Shown: positions 56,331 through 64,000 of the stretch, piece after piece
How positions within the stretch are numbered: position 1 is the first letter of the stretch
Layout of the letters: each line of letters starts with the position of its first letter
NCBI GenBank assembly: GCA_031422315.1
Contig: JANOQN010000072.1
Coordinates: 9,048-73,047 of the forward strand
Reading direction: 5' to 3'
DNA from: Rhodanobacteraceae bacterium
Lineage (GTDB): Bacteria > Pseudomonadota > Gammaproteobacteria > Xanthomonadales > SZUA-5
DNA: 64,000 nt
Position numbers and translations under genes: made by a program
The notes under the pieces: model-generated
The model's database searches: none
What the model was told of the DNA's origin: nothing
What the model saw: only the letters and a program-made list of their open reading frames with translations

Positions 56331-56389
56331 CCCGGTCGAGTTACGTCTAAAGCTTCCGGGTCTCAATAAATCTCAACTCGGAAATAATT

Positions 56390-57352
56390 ATGGAAACGAT
56401 TGGCACGCCGTTTATGTGGGCGCTATTTGCCGTCCTGGTGGTGATTGCGACTATCGCTGACTTGCTACTGATGAAGCAGCAAGGCGCGCACAAAGTATCA
56501 ATGAAAGAAGCGCTGAGCTGGACGGTCATTTGGGTCGTCGCCGCCATGGCCTTCAATTTGTGGATGTGGTGGTACATGGGCGGGCTAGGCTCAGATGCTG
56601 CGCAGGCAGCAATTGCCAATCAAAAAGCGCTGGAGTTTTTAACCGGCTATTTGGTCGAAAAATCCTTAGCAGTCGACAATATTTTCGTATTTTTGATGAT
56701 CTTTTCGTTCTTTGCCGTGCCGCTGGAATTCCAAAAGCGCGCACTGATTATTGGCGTGATATTAGCGATCGTGCTCCGCACCGTTATGATTTTGGTGGGC
56801 GCATGGCTGCTCGCGAAATTCCATTGGCTGTTATACGTGTTCGGGCTGTTCTTGCTCATTACCGGTATCAAAATGTGGTGGGCCGCCGATAAAAAACCCG
56901 ATTTGGATCAGAATCCAGTACTGATATTTTTGCGCAAGCATATGAAAATCAGCAAAAATTTTGATAGTGAAAAGTTTTTTACCATGGAAAACGGAATCCG
57001 CTTTGCCACACCGATGTTGCTGGTGGTACTTATGATAGGTATTACCGACGTGATTTTTGCGGTGGATTCCATTCCAGCTATCTTTGCGATCACCAGCGAT
57101 CCTTTTATCGTGTTGACCAGCAATATTTTCGCGATTTTGGGCCTGCGCGCGCTGTATTTCGTGCTGGCCGGCATGGCAGATAAGTTTCATCTGCTCAGCT
57201 ACGGCTTGGCGATAGTGTTGATCTTTATTGGCCTAAAAATGCTGCTGATCGATTTCTACAAAATCCCGATCATGATCTCGCTTGGTTTTGTCGCATTCAC
57301 CATAGCGGCCACGATGGTTCTGTCGGTGATGCGGCCCAAAGCAGTGCATTGA
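56390..57352 (+). CDS. alx: TerC/Alx family membrane protein
   Basis: GYLVEKSLAVDNIFVF, DVIFAVDSIPAIFAIT.DPFIV.TSN.FAILGLR. Confidence 0.92.
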   Translation: METIGTPFMWALFAVLVVIATIADLLLMKQQGAHKVSMKEALSWTVIWVVAAMAFNLWMWWYMGGLGSDAAQAAIANQKALEFLTGYLVEKSLAVDNIFVFLMIFSFFAVPLEFQKRALIIGVILAIVLRTVMILVGAWLLAKFHWLLYVFGLFLLITGIKMWWAADKKPDLDQNPVLIFLRKHMKISKNFDSEKFFTMENGIRFATPMLLVVLMIGITDVIFAVDSIPAIFAITSDPFIVLTSNIFAILGLRALYFVLAGMADKFHLLSYGLAIVLIFIGLKMLLIDFYKIPIMISLGFVAFTIAATMVLSVMRPKAVH

Positions 57353-57634
57353 TAGCGGCTAGCTTAAGCCTACCCAGGGTTGCACTTGGCACTGCCCTGG
57401 GTAAGGCTTGAGTTTGCCCTTCAGTGCGCAAGCCCAAACGGCTTGTGCCCTTCAGCCTAAAGCCTACCAAATGAAATGGGGCCACCCTAAGAATTTAGTT
57501 AAACTTTGCTTTGCGCACAACTCTAGGCTGGAGGACGCAGCCCCGTTGGCGTTGAAACTCAAAGTAGCCTATCCTTCGCAGCGGTTTCGTCTGACGAAAC
57601 AAGGAATCAAAAATCTATTTTTACTTGAGCTGCT

Positions 57635-58873
57635 ATGCCAAACCGATTTACTATTTATGTGCTGATTGCAATGGTTTTGGGCCTGTTGACTGGCTGGGGC
57701 TGTAACGTAAACCTGGATGCAGCGCAAAACGCGAACTTGGCTGCTAACTTCAAAATCGCGACCGACGTATTTTTGCGGCTCATCAAGATGATCATTGCCC
57801 CGCTAGTAGTGTCAACGCTGATCGTTGGTATTGCGCACATGGGTGATACCAAAGCGCTCGGCAGGGCGGGCGCGAAAACTATGGCTTGGTTTCTTACGGC
57901 ATCAGTCATTTCATTGGCGTTGGGTGCAATGATGGTGACTTGGCTGGAACCTGGCGTAGGTTTGAATGTGCCAAAGCCTGATACAAATGCAGAGGTTGCG
58001 ATCAAGAGTGCCGGGTTAGGGCTGGCAGAGTTTGTGACTTTCATGGTTCCGATGTCGATTTTTGATGCAATGGCCAAGAATCAAATCTTGCCCATTGTGC
58101 TGTTTTCAGTATTTTTCGGCGTGGCTTGTGCGTCGCTTGGCAAAAAAGCCGAAACTGTCGTTGCGTTTTTTGAACAGCTCAGCTACGTCATGTTGAAAGT
58201 CACCGGATACGTCATGCTTTTCGCCCCGATAGCGGTTTTTGCTGCGTTGGCGGGAACAGTCGCCGTGCAGGGTTTGGATATCTTGGGTACCTACGCAAAG
58301 TTTGTAGCTGGATTTTTTGCTTCACTTGCCATTCTGTGGCTGATTCTGATCGCGGCAGGCTACGCATTTTTGGGTTCTAGTGTGTTTTCACTTGTGCGTG
58401 GCATTCGTGAACCAGTCGCCATTGCATTTTCTACAGCGAGCTCGGAAGCGGCCTATCCGCGCACGCTAGATCAGCTAGAAAAATTTGGGGTGTCGCGCCG
58501 TATTGCCAGCTTTGTTTTACCGCTTGGATACTCGTTTAACCTTGACGGTTCAATGATGTACTGCACTTTTGGTACGATATTTATTGCACAGTATTACGGC
58601 ATTACGCTGACTTTCGCGGAAATTTCAACGATGCTGCTCATGCTCATGGTGACCAGCAAAGGCATGGCCGCTGTGCCACGCGCATCGCTGGTGGTCATTG
58701 CCGCTACGCTGCCGCATTTTGGCATTCCCGAATCGGGTTTGCTGCTGTTACTCGCGGTCGATCACTTTTTGGATATGGGCCGCAGCGCAACCAATGTGGT
58801 TGGCAACTCCATTGCGTCGGCGGTAGTGGCGAAGTGGGAGGGTGAGTTAGACCGTAGCAAGGCGGAAATTTAG
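57635..58873 (+). CDS. Dicarboxylate/amino acid:cation symporter (GltP/DctA family)
   Basis: FLRLIKMIIAPL, FSTASSE, LPLGYSFNLDG, DMGRSATNVVGN. Confidence 0.93.
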   Translation: MPNRFTIYVLIAMVLGLLTGWGCNVNLDAAQNANLAANFKIATDVFLRLIKMIIAPLVVSTLIVGIAHMGDTKALGRAGAKTMAWFLTASVISLALGAMMVTWLEPGVGLNVPKPDTNAEVAIKSAGLGLAEFVTFMVPMSIFDAMAKNQILPIVLFSVFFGVACASLGKKAETVVAFFEQLSYVMLKVTGYVMLFAPIAVFAALAGTVAVQGLDILGTYAKFVAGFFASLAILWLILIAAGYAFLGSSVFSLVRGIREPVAIAFSTASSEAAYPRTLDQLEKFGVSRRIASFVLPLGYSFNLDGSMMYCTFGTIFIAQYYGITLTFAEISTMLLMLMVTSKGMAAVPRASLVVIAATLPHFGIPESGLLLLLAVDHFLDMGRSATNVVGNSIASAVVAKWEGELDRSKAEI

Positions 58874-58975
58874 TTAGCCGGTTTTAGTCAGCGCGAAAAT
58901 GAGCGCTGGCTTGAATACGTAAAATGCGGCCATAGGTTGTTAGTAACAAAACAATTTCGCATTTTTGGATTACGT

Positions 58976-60034
58976 ATGACTGATTTATTTGCACCGCTTA
59001 AGCTGGGCGTGCTTACGCTACCCAATCGCGCCATTATGGCCGCGCTTACCCGCGCACGCGCTGGGCGCAGCCACATTCCGAATGCGCTGATGGCCGAATA
59101 TTACGCACAGCGCGCCAGCGCAGGATTGATTATCACCGAAGCCACGATGGTGGCTGCTGATGGCTGCGCCTTCACGGGTGAAGCTGGCTTGTTTGACGCG
59201 CATTGTGTAGCGGGTTGGAAGTTAGTCACTGACGCCGTACACGCCGCCGGTGGCCGCATAGCCGTGCAGCTTTGGCACCCAGGCAGGGCCGCGCATTCAT
59301 CGCTCAACGGCGGCGCGCAGCCAGTGTCGTCCAGCGATCGTGCAATTGCAGGCGATACGATTCGCACGCCAACCGGAACGCATGCTTATGAAGTGCCTCG
59401 CCGGTTGGCCACTGAAGAAGTCGCGGGCTATGTTTCGCTATTTTCTGCCGCTGCTGAGCGCGCAAAAGCGGCGGGTTTTGACGGCATACAAATCCATGCC
59501 GCGCACGGTTATTTGATCGATCAATTTTTGCGCGATTCGCTCAATGATCGTAGCGATGCTTATGGCGCAAGCGTTCCCGCAAGAGCGAGGTTTTTGTTTG
59601 AAATCGTCGATGCTGTTGCAAATGTGTTTGATCCTGCGCTGATTTCCGTGCGTATATCCCCCTTGGTGCCGTTTAACGATATGTCCGATAGCGATCCAGA
59701 AACGCTGGTCCGATATGTGGCTGAGCAGCTGCAAGTGCGCGGCATTGGCGCGCTCGAATTGCGCCACGCTGATTACGCATCGCCTGCCGAGCGGGCGCTT
59801 GCAAAAGTGGCGCGTGCAAGCTTCAAAGGCAGTCTTTGGGCGAATGGCAACTATGATTTAGCCAGTGCGCAAGCAGCCATTCAAAGCGGTGCGCTTGATG
59901 CAGTGGTGTTCGGCCGACCTTTTATCGCCAATGCCGATTTAGTGCAGCGCTATCGCAGCGGGCAAGTGCTCAATGCAGTGGATTTTTCTACGCTTTATAC
60001 GTCTGGCGCGAAGGGCTATACGGACTACTCTTGA
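58976..60034 (+). CDS. nemA: Alkene reductase (old yellow enzyme, NemA-like)
   Basis: LPNRAIMA.LTR, YY.QRASAGLII.E, QLWH.GR, GYLIDQFL, FGRPFIAN.DL, KGYTDY. Confidence 0.9.
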   Translation: MTDLFAPLKLGVLTLPNRAIMAALTRARAGRSHIPNALMAEYYAQRASAGLIITEATMVAADGCAFTGEAGLFDAHCVAGWKLVTDAVHAAGGRIAVQLWHPGRAAHSSLNGGAQPVSSSDRAIAGDTIRTPTGTHAYEVPRRLATEEVAGYVSLFSAAAERAKAAGFDGIQIHAAHGYLIDQFLRDSLNDRSDAYGASVPARARFLFEIVDAVANVFDPALISVRISPLVPFNDMSDSDPETLVRYVAEQLQVRGIGALELRHADYASPAERALAKVARASFKGSLWANGNYDLASAQAAIQSGALDAVVFGRPFIANADLVQRYRSGQVLNAVDFSTLYTSGAKGYTDYS

Positions 60035-60200
60035 AAGCGCAGTTGATTTGAACAAGACCAGCTACGGCTCGATCATTTCGGAATCTACGCTAAGTAAATC
60101 ATCGACTGCGAGAATTGCTTGGAGAACCACCAGAGCAATTCGTCTTATCTCTAAAAAGTGGCTTTGGACGACCTCCAAAACCACTCGATTTAAGCGCTTG

Positions 60201-61373
60201 CTAAGCCGCTTTCAAACTCACCAACTGCTTCATTAAACCCTCAACGCCGCCGAGTACCGTCAAGCTGCCAACTTTCTCAGCAATTTTTTCCAGCGATTCC
60301 AACTCTTTTAGGCGCAGCAAAATTGGGCTTTCTTCCATCAGCTTGGCGGTGTTGAGCAAGTTGCGCGTAGCGGAAGTTTCTTCACGCCGTTTGATCACAT
60401 TCGCAAGCGCTGCTTTTTCCGCATGCACAACTTGGTTTAGCAGCTCACGCAGCTCGCCCGGTAAAATCAAATCCTTTACGCCAACGCTGATCAGCCGTAC
60501 GCCAAACGCAGCGATCTTCGCAGCGGCGAACTCGTGGATTACCGTATCAAGCGCGCTTTTATTCGCTAGCAGCTCATCTAACGTACGCGTGCCAATGGCA
60601 TGCCGTAAAGCAAATTGTAGCTCTCGATATAGGCCCTCTTTGTAATCCACAATTTCAAATTTTGCCGCATGTGCGTCCACCACTTTCCAGCTCGCGCTTA
60701 GGTTGACCCGCAGGCTTAGTTTATCGCGTGTCAATATTTCTTGACCGCTGACTTCGCTGGCTTGCGCACGGGTATCTAACACGTCAATCTGGACATGCCG
60801 CGCGGATTTCCAAAAACCATAGTTGCCGGGTTTCAGCAAGTTTTGATATTGGCCATCAATGCTCAGCACGCCTAATTCGTGCGGGGCGATCACTTTCAAC
60901 ACGCACAGCCGCTGCACATCTTGCGCCAGTGCTGAGTTAACCGCCGCCGCCAGCATTGTACGCACCAGCGCATCGGCAATTGCAGGCGTACTGAGAGGCA
61001 CGCGTTCAATACGTACGGGTACCGAGCTAACTTGCGCAGTTTTTTTCCAGTACAGCGCACGTGCGCCGGGTGGTAAAATCGCGCTTAAACGTTCTTGTTT
61101 GTACACCAAGCCCAGCTGATCGGGCGCAATATCCACCGCTTCAATATGCTGAGCTAGCTTACCGTTCGGATCACGCAAATGGCTCTCGACGTTCGCCAAC
61201 TTTACTTCGGGCTCGGATACGTCAACCAGTAAAAATTCGCGGCGGCCTGATGGTAAAAAGCGGGAAATCACGCCGGGGCCAGTAATAGCCTCTACGCGGC
61301 CATCGAAAAATTCGATAGCGCAGTGAGCGGGTGAAACAGTGATGCGTCGAAAGCCAAAAATCGAGCCTAACAT
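60201..61373 (-). CDS. Slipin/SPFH (band 7) family protein of the type found in rtc operons
   Basis: VSGQEILTRDK..LRVN, LQFALR..IG.RTLDELL, VKD.ILPGE, RREET.ATR.LLNTAK; AGGAG RBS. Confidence 0.9.
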   Translation of the reverse strand: MLGSIFGFRRITVSPAHCAIEFFDGRVEAITGPGVISRFLPSGRREFLLVDVSEPEVKLANVESHLRDPNGKLAQHIEAVDIAPDQLGLVYKQERLSAILPPGARALYWKKTAQVSSVPVRIERVPLSTPAIADALVRTMLAAAVNSALAQDVQRLCVLKVIAPHELGVLSIDGQYQNLLKPGNYGFWKSARHVQIDVLDTRAQASEVSGQEILTRDKLSLRVNLSASWKVVDAHAAKFEIVDYKEGLYRELQFALRHAIGTRTLDELLANKSALDTVIHEFAAAKIAAFGVRLISVGVKDLILPGELRELLNQVVHAEKAALANVIKRREETSATRNLLNTAKLMEESPILLRLKELESLEKIAEKVGSLTVLGGVEGLMKQLVSLKAA

Positions 61374-61467
61374 GAGAAGTCTCCTAATTATTTATAATGT
61401 GATTTTCTTTATTTTAATAGTCTGTTGTCAGTGGATTGAGGCTGGGTTTGTTAAAAAATAAGTGTTG

Positions 61468-61662
61468 CCACCCCACGTCTAAGCTGCGGGCTAACGCAAA
61501 GCGAGCGCGGCTTTCCTTGAGAATTACTCGCAATTCATGCAAGGCATCTGCATGAACTTGCACAGCAATTCAGCTGGCGCGGTGCGAGCCCTTAAATCGT
61601 TAGCGCGGGCGCTATTGACGCTGCTGCGCTACCCGGTGTTTTGGGTAGTCAGCCTGGGGTGG
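61468..61662 (-). ncRNA. Putative ~195-nt multi-stem structured RNA
   Basis: Ends pair (CCACCCCA / TGGGGTGG); nested helices CTACCC/GGGTAG, GCTAACG/CGTTAGC, TTCATGCA/TGCATGAA. Confidence 0.55.
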
Positions 61663-61715
61663 AAACGTGCTCAAACTTTCGTTCAAGCGGTTTGTTACAA
61701 GATCGCGTTGTAGGC

Positions 61716-61788
61716 GATAAACGGCAGGATTCGAACCCGCTACCGGCAAATTATGCGTTTGCTGCTCTACCCAATGAGCTACGTTAAT
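61716..61788 (-). tRNA. tRNA-like RNA with CAT at the anticodon position, non-canonical (G33, acceptor mismatch, no CCA)
   Basis: ATTAACG TA GCTC ATTGGGTA GAGC A GCAAA CGCATAA TTTGC CGGTA GCGGG TTCGAAT CCTGC CGTTTAT C folds as a cloverleaf. Confidence 0.8.
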
Positions 61789-61790
61789 TG

Positions 61791-61836
61791 TGCGAATGTA
61801 AGGAATCGAACCTTGTTTAGCACCAGCTGCATTCGC
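61791..61836 (-). ncRNA. Mini tRNA-like element (acceptor stem plus T arm, no anticodon arm)
   Basis: GCGAATG-CAGCTGGTGCTAAAC-AAGG TTCGATT CCTT-A-CATTCGC: 7-bp perfect stem and T-loop hairpin. Confidence 0.65.
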
Positions 61837-61850
61837 CATTGAAAAGCTTC

Positions 61851-61922
61851 TCCGCATCGGTACGTCAGATTCCAAAGGAAGTGACGCCAGGCCGCTTACA
61901 AGCGGCTTTCTTAGCTGCGTGG
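61851..61922 (-). ncRNA. Possible Y-RNA-like structured element
   Basis: CGCA...GCCGCTT/AAGCGGC hairpin...GCGTCA CTTCCTTTGGAATC TGACGT...TGCG. Confidence 0.4.
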
Positions 61923-62026
61923 TTACTTGTTCAATGAGTGCTCGACTTGCGTCGAAATTTGGAAGGTGTTGCTGGCATTTGTATTGCTGGCATTTATGGG
62001 CCTTAGCTTGGAAAGATAAAATGTCT

Positions 62027-62043
62027 TTGCAGGAACCGTGCCA
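62027..62043 (-). promoter_or_regulatory. sigma54 (-24/-12) promoter
   Basis: Minus strand TGGCACGGTTCCTGCAA, pointing into the RNA array and slipin gene. Confidence 0.85.
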
Positions 62044-62260
62044 GGGGGTTTTGGCGGTTTATTGGCTTGATTGCTATACGTTTGGATAAAAACGTGTGTT
62101 TTTAGATCATTAAAATCTCAATCAGCTATCGAAATCCGAGGGCACATGGATAGCATTGATGATTAGGAAACGCATACCGTTTGAAGCTTGTTAGATTGCA
62201 TGCGCGCGCATTGTGGATTTGCAGTGCCGCTTTAAGCTGATTGAAATTTGAATCATCCTA

Positions 62261-62295
62261 GAAAAGAAAAACCGCCCAAAGGCGGTTTTTCTTTT
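62261..62295. terminator. Intrinsic terminator of the TonB receptor gene
   Basis: AAAAGAAAAACCGCC-CAAA-GGCGGTTTTTCTTTT. Confidence 0.88.
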
Positions 62296-62314
62296 GTTCA
62301 ACTGCAAGTTCGGC

Positions 62315-64000
62315 TTAGAAAGAAACCCGAAAACCTAACTGCGCGCCCCAACGGCTTTGACCGCGTGTGTCTTGCCGGACGAATTCACTTGGCGCGCCGG
62401 TAAAGCGATACACGTAGCGCTGGCCAGCTGCACCCGGTTTTTGCTCGGTACCGATGAAATCCGCAACCCCAACCGTGCCGCCAAAGCCGGTGTCATCAAT
62501 GTAGCCATAGCGATCATTGATTAAGTTGCCGATATTGAGGATAGTTAAATAAACCTCGCTCTTGGTATCAAACAGAGCGGGCAGCTCTTGCGTTAGCCGG
62601 AAGTCAAACTGGGTCACCCAGGGTGCATCTTGGCCGTTACGTGCCGTGGCTTGGCCGCGTCTTTCGTTCAAATAGCTATTTGATTCGATGTAGCTCCAGA
62701 ACAAATCCGCCTGCTGTTGCGCAGTTACGGTAGTTACACCATTGACCACGATATCGCGAAAGCCCACATCATTTCGATCTGTCGGTACGTAGAACAAATC
62801 GTTTGATGCATTCGCGTTATCGCCGTTGGCATCATTTCTAAACACATAGCTGAACTTTCGGCCTGTGCGGCCTTCACCGAACAAGCTGAAAGTTGTATTC
62901 AAGTCAGCAAAAAACGCGTGCTTGTAGCTTAAAGCCAAGGTCAGGCGGTCGCTGATCTCAAAGTTCGAAGTGGCGCTGACTTCTTCATTGGTGTTAAACA
63001 CCGGGCGCTGTGACCAGTTGGTAATCGCGCGCGCTTCTGCACCAGGGTTTGGCTCAGATGATTCGCCTAAAGTGTAGCTTAGCTTGGCGTACCAATTGTC
63101 CAGCATTGGTTTTTCTAAGCCAATCGTATAGTTGCGGGTTTTGCCTTTGTTGGTATTACGAAGCAGCAATACATCGAAGAAATTCGCGTTTTCAGTTGCG
63201 CGTCGGCCAGCAGAGGTTGCAGGCGTGCCGGGGTTGGTGAAACCAGTTGGGTTCAAATTTTGATAGTAGTGGATTCGACCATCCGGTAATCTGCCCAGCG
63301 CGCCGTTATTAGGGGAGCCCAGATTTAAGTTTTCATAAAAAATGCCGTTTTCCGTTTCCGTGAATAGCGCTTCAATGCTGCCAACAAGATCAAAAAAGCC
63401 CAGCTCGGATTCAAATGCTAAGCTGCTTTTCCACACCGTTGGCATTTCGAAATTTTTGTCCAGCAGGTTGACAGTTGCACGCGGTGGCGTGCCGCCCACG
63501 GTAGGCTGCGGAACGCGCGTAGGATCGGCGGTGATTAGCAATGGCGTGGTAGGGTTGGTGACTACGAATTCGCGAATCAGCGTGCCGGTTTCGGAGAAGT
63601 TGTTGCTCAGCCAAACGCCTGGCGGCGATCCGGTAAATAAACCCAAACCACCGCGCAGCTGCATGCGGCGCTCGCTATCAAAGGTGTAGTTGAAGCCGGC
63701 GCGCGGCTGTACTACGCCGTTGCCGTCTGGCGTGCCGGTGTTATTCAAGCCTAGTCCGCCGAGGGGACGCAAGCTGCCAGCGGCAGGTGGTAGCGCACCG
63801 CTTGCAAGTAGCGCGTTGAACTCTGGTTGTTCGTCGATTTGGGGTAAGTCGTAGCGAAAGCCGTAGTTGACGGTCAAATTCGAGTTCACAATCCAAGTGT
63901 CTTGCGCAAACACGCCAATTGAATCAAGCGACCAGTCTGCCGCTGCAGCGTCAACATTGGTGCCTGCGCCTGCGCCCGGGAAACGCAGCGTATAGCGCGC
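62315..64000 (-). CDS. Oar-like TonB-dependent receptor, 3' part (5' end outside window)
   Basis: Frame open to the window end; FAQDTW, PRAGFNY, LRGGLGLF.G, N.GNLIN, terminal F. Confidence 0.9.
   Translation of the reverse strand, partial: ARYTLRFPGAGAGTNVDAAAADWSLDSIGVFAQDTWIVNSNLTVNYGFRYDLPQIDEQPEFNALLASGALPPAAGSLRPLGGLGLNNTGTPDGNGVVQPRAGFNYTFDSERRMQLRGGLGLFTGSPPGVWLSNNFSETGTLIREFVVTNPTTPLLITADPTRVPQPTVGGTPPRATVNLLDKNFEMPTVWKSSLAFESELGFFDLVGSIEALFTETENGIFYENLNLGSPNNGALGRLPDGRIHYYQNLNPTGFTNPGTPATSAGRRATENANFFDVLLLRNTNKGKTRNYTIGLEKPMLDNWYAKLSYTLGESSEPNPGAEARAITNWSQRPVFNTNEEVSATSNFEISDRLTLALSYKHAFFADLNTTFSLFGEGRTGRKFSYVFRNDANGDNANASNDLFYVPTDRNDVGFRDIVVNGVTTVTAQQQADLFWSYIESNSYLNERRGQATARNGQDAPWVTQFDFRLTQELPALFDTKSEVYLTILNIGNLINDRYGYIDDTGFGGTVGVADFIGTEQKPGAAGQRYVYRFTGAPSEFVRQDTRGQSRWGAQLGFRVSF

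Noticed and set aside
57540-57592. Glutamine (glnA) riboswitch or hammerhead ribozyme
   Set aside because: Only short word matches (CGTTGGC, AAGTAG, CTGACGAAAC); the required stems are missing.
61716-61788. Ordinary tRNA-Met or tRNA-Ile2
   Set aside because: G33, acceptor-stem mismatch, AT-rich acceptor, no CCA and a sigma54/slipin context argue against a housekeeping tRNA.
61612-61875. 87-aa ORF over the tRNA-like elements
   Set aside because: Translation is a typical read-through of tRNA sequence (VAHWVEQ...VAGSNPA); better explained as structured RNA.
61969-61995. 12-bp direct repeat TTGCTGGCATTT x2
   Set aside because: Only two copies just downstream of the sigma54 promoter; may be a local duplication, and no function can be supported.

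Overview
Two-part window from a gammaproteobacterium, probably Xanthomonadales/Rhodanobacteraceae-like (inferred from gene content and C-terminal 'F-x-x-GFE' proteins). Part 1 (1-32709) is the right arm of a PFGI-1/ICEclc-type (MPF-G) integrative conjugative element ending in a 45-bp tRNA-Lys 3' fragment (att site, 32665-32709). It has a compact minus-strand transfer operon (pilL-like to traG), a divergent MOBH relaxase and integrase, toxin-antitoxin genes, and a cargo block with ssb, two CsgG-like proteins, an AcrVA2/FinQ-family protein and an SH3-fused second tyrosine recombinase. Part 2 (32710-64000) is host chromosome: ABC permeases, alkB, fis-like, two dsbA, cytochrome c4, engB, fic, HNH, ubiH/ubiI, LytS/LytTR, TonB-dependent receptors, an orphan integron cassette, spoT, yybP-ykoY riboswitch with terC, a dicarboxylate symporter and an old yellow enzyme. 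Best novelty candidates: (a) a sigma54-driven leader carrying four tRNA-like or structured RNAs upstream of a slipin/SPFH gene with no adjacent rtcB/rtcA/rtcR; (b) the ICE anti-defence/envelope cargo operon; (c) a 15-bp motif shared between the putative oriT region and the att flank; (d) a 27-bp periodic array inside the relaxase gene. All family assignments are by-eye motif recognition, not database searches.
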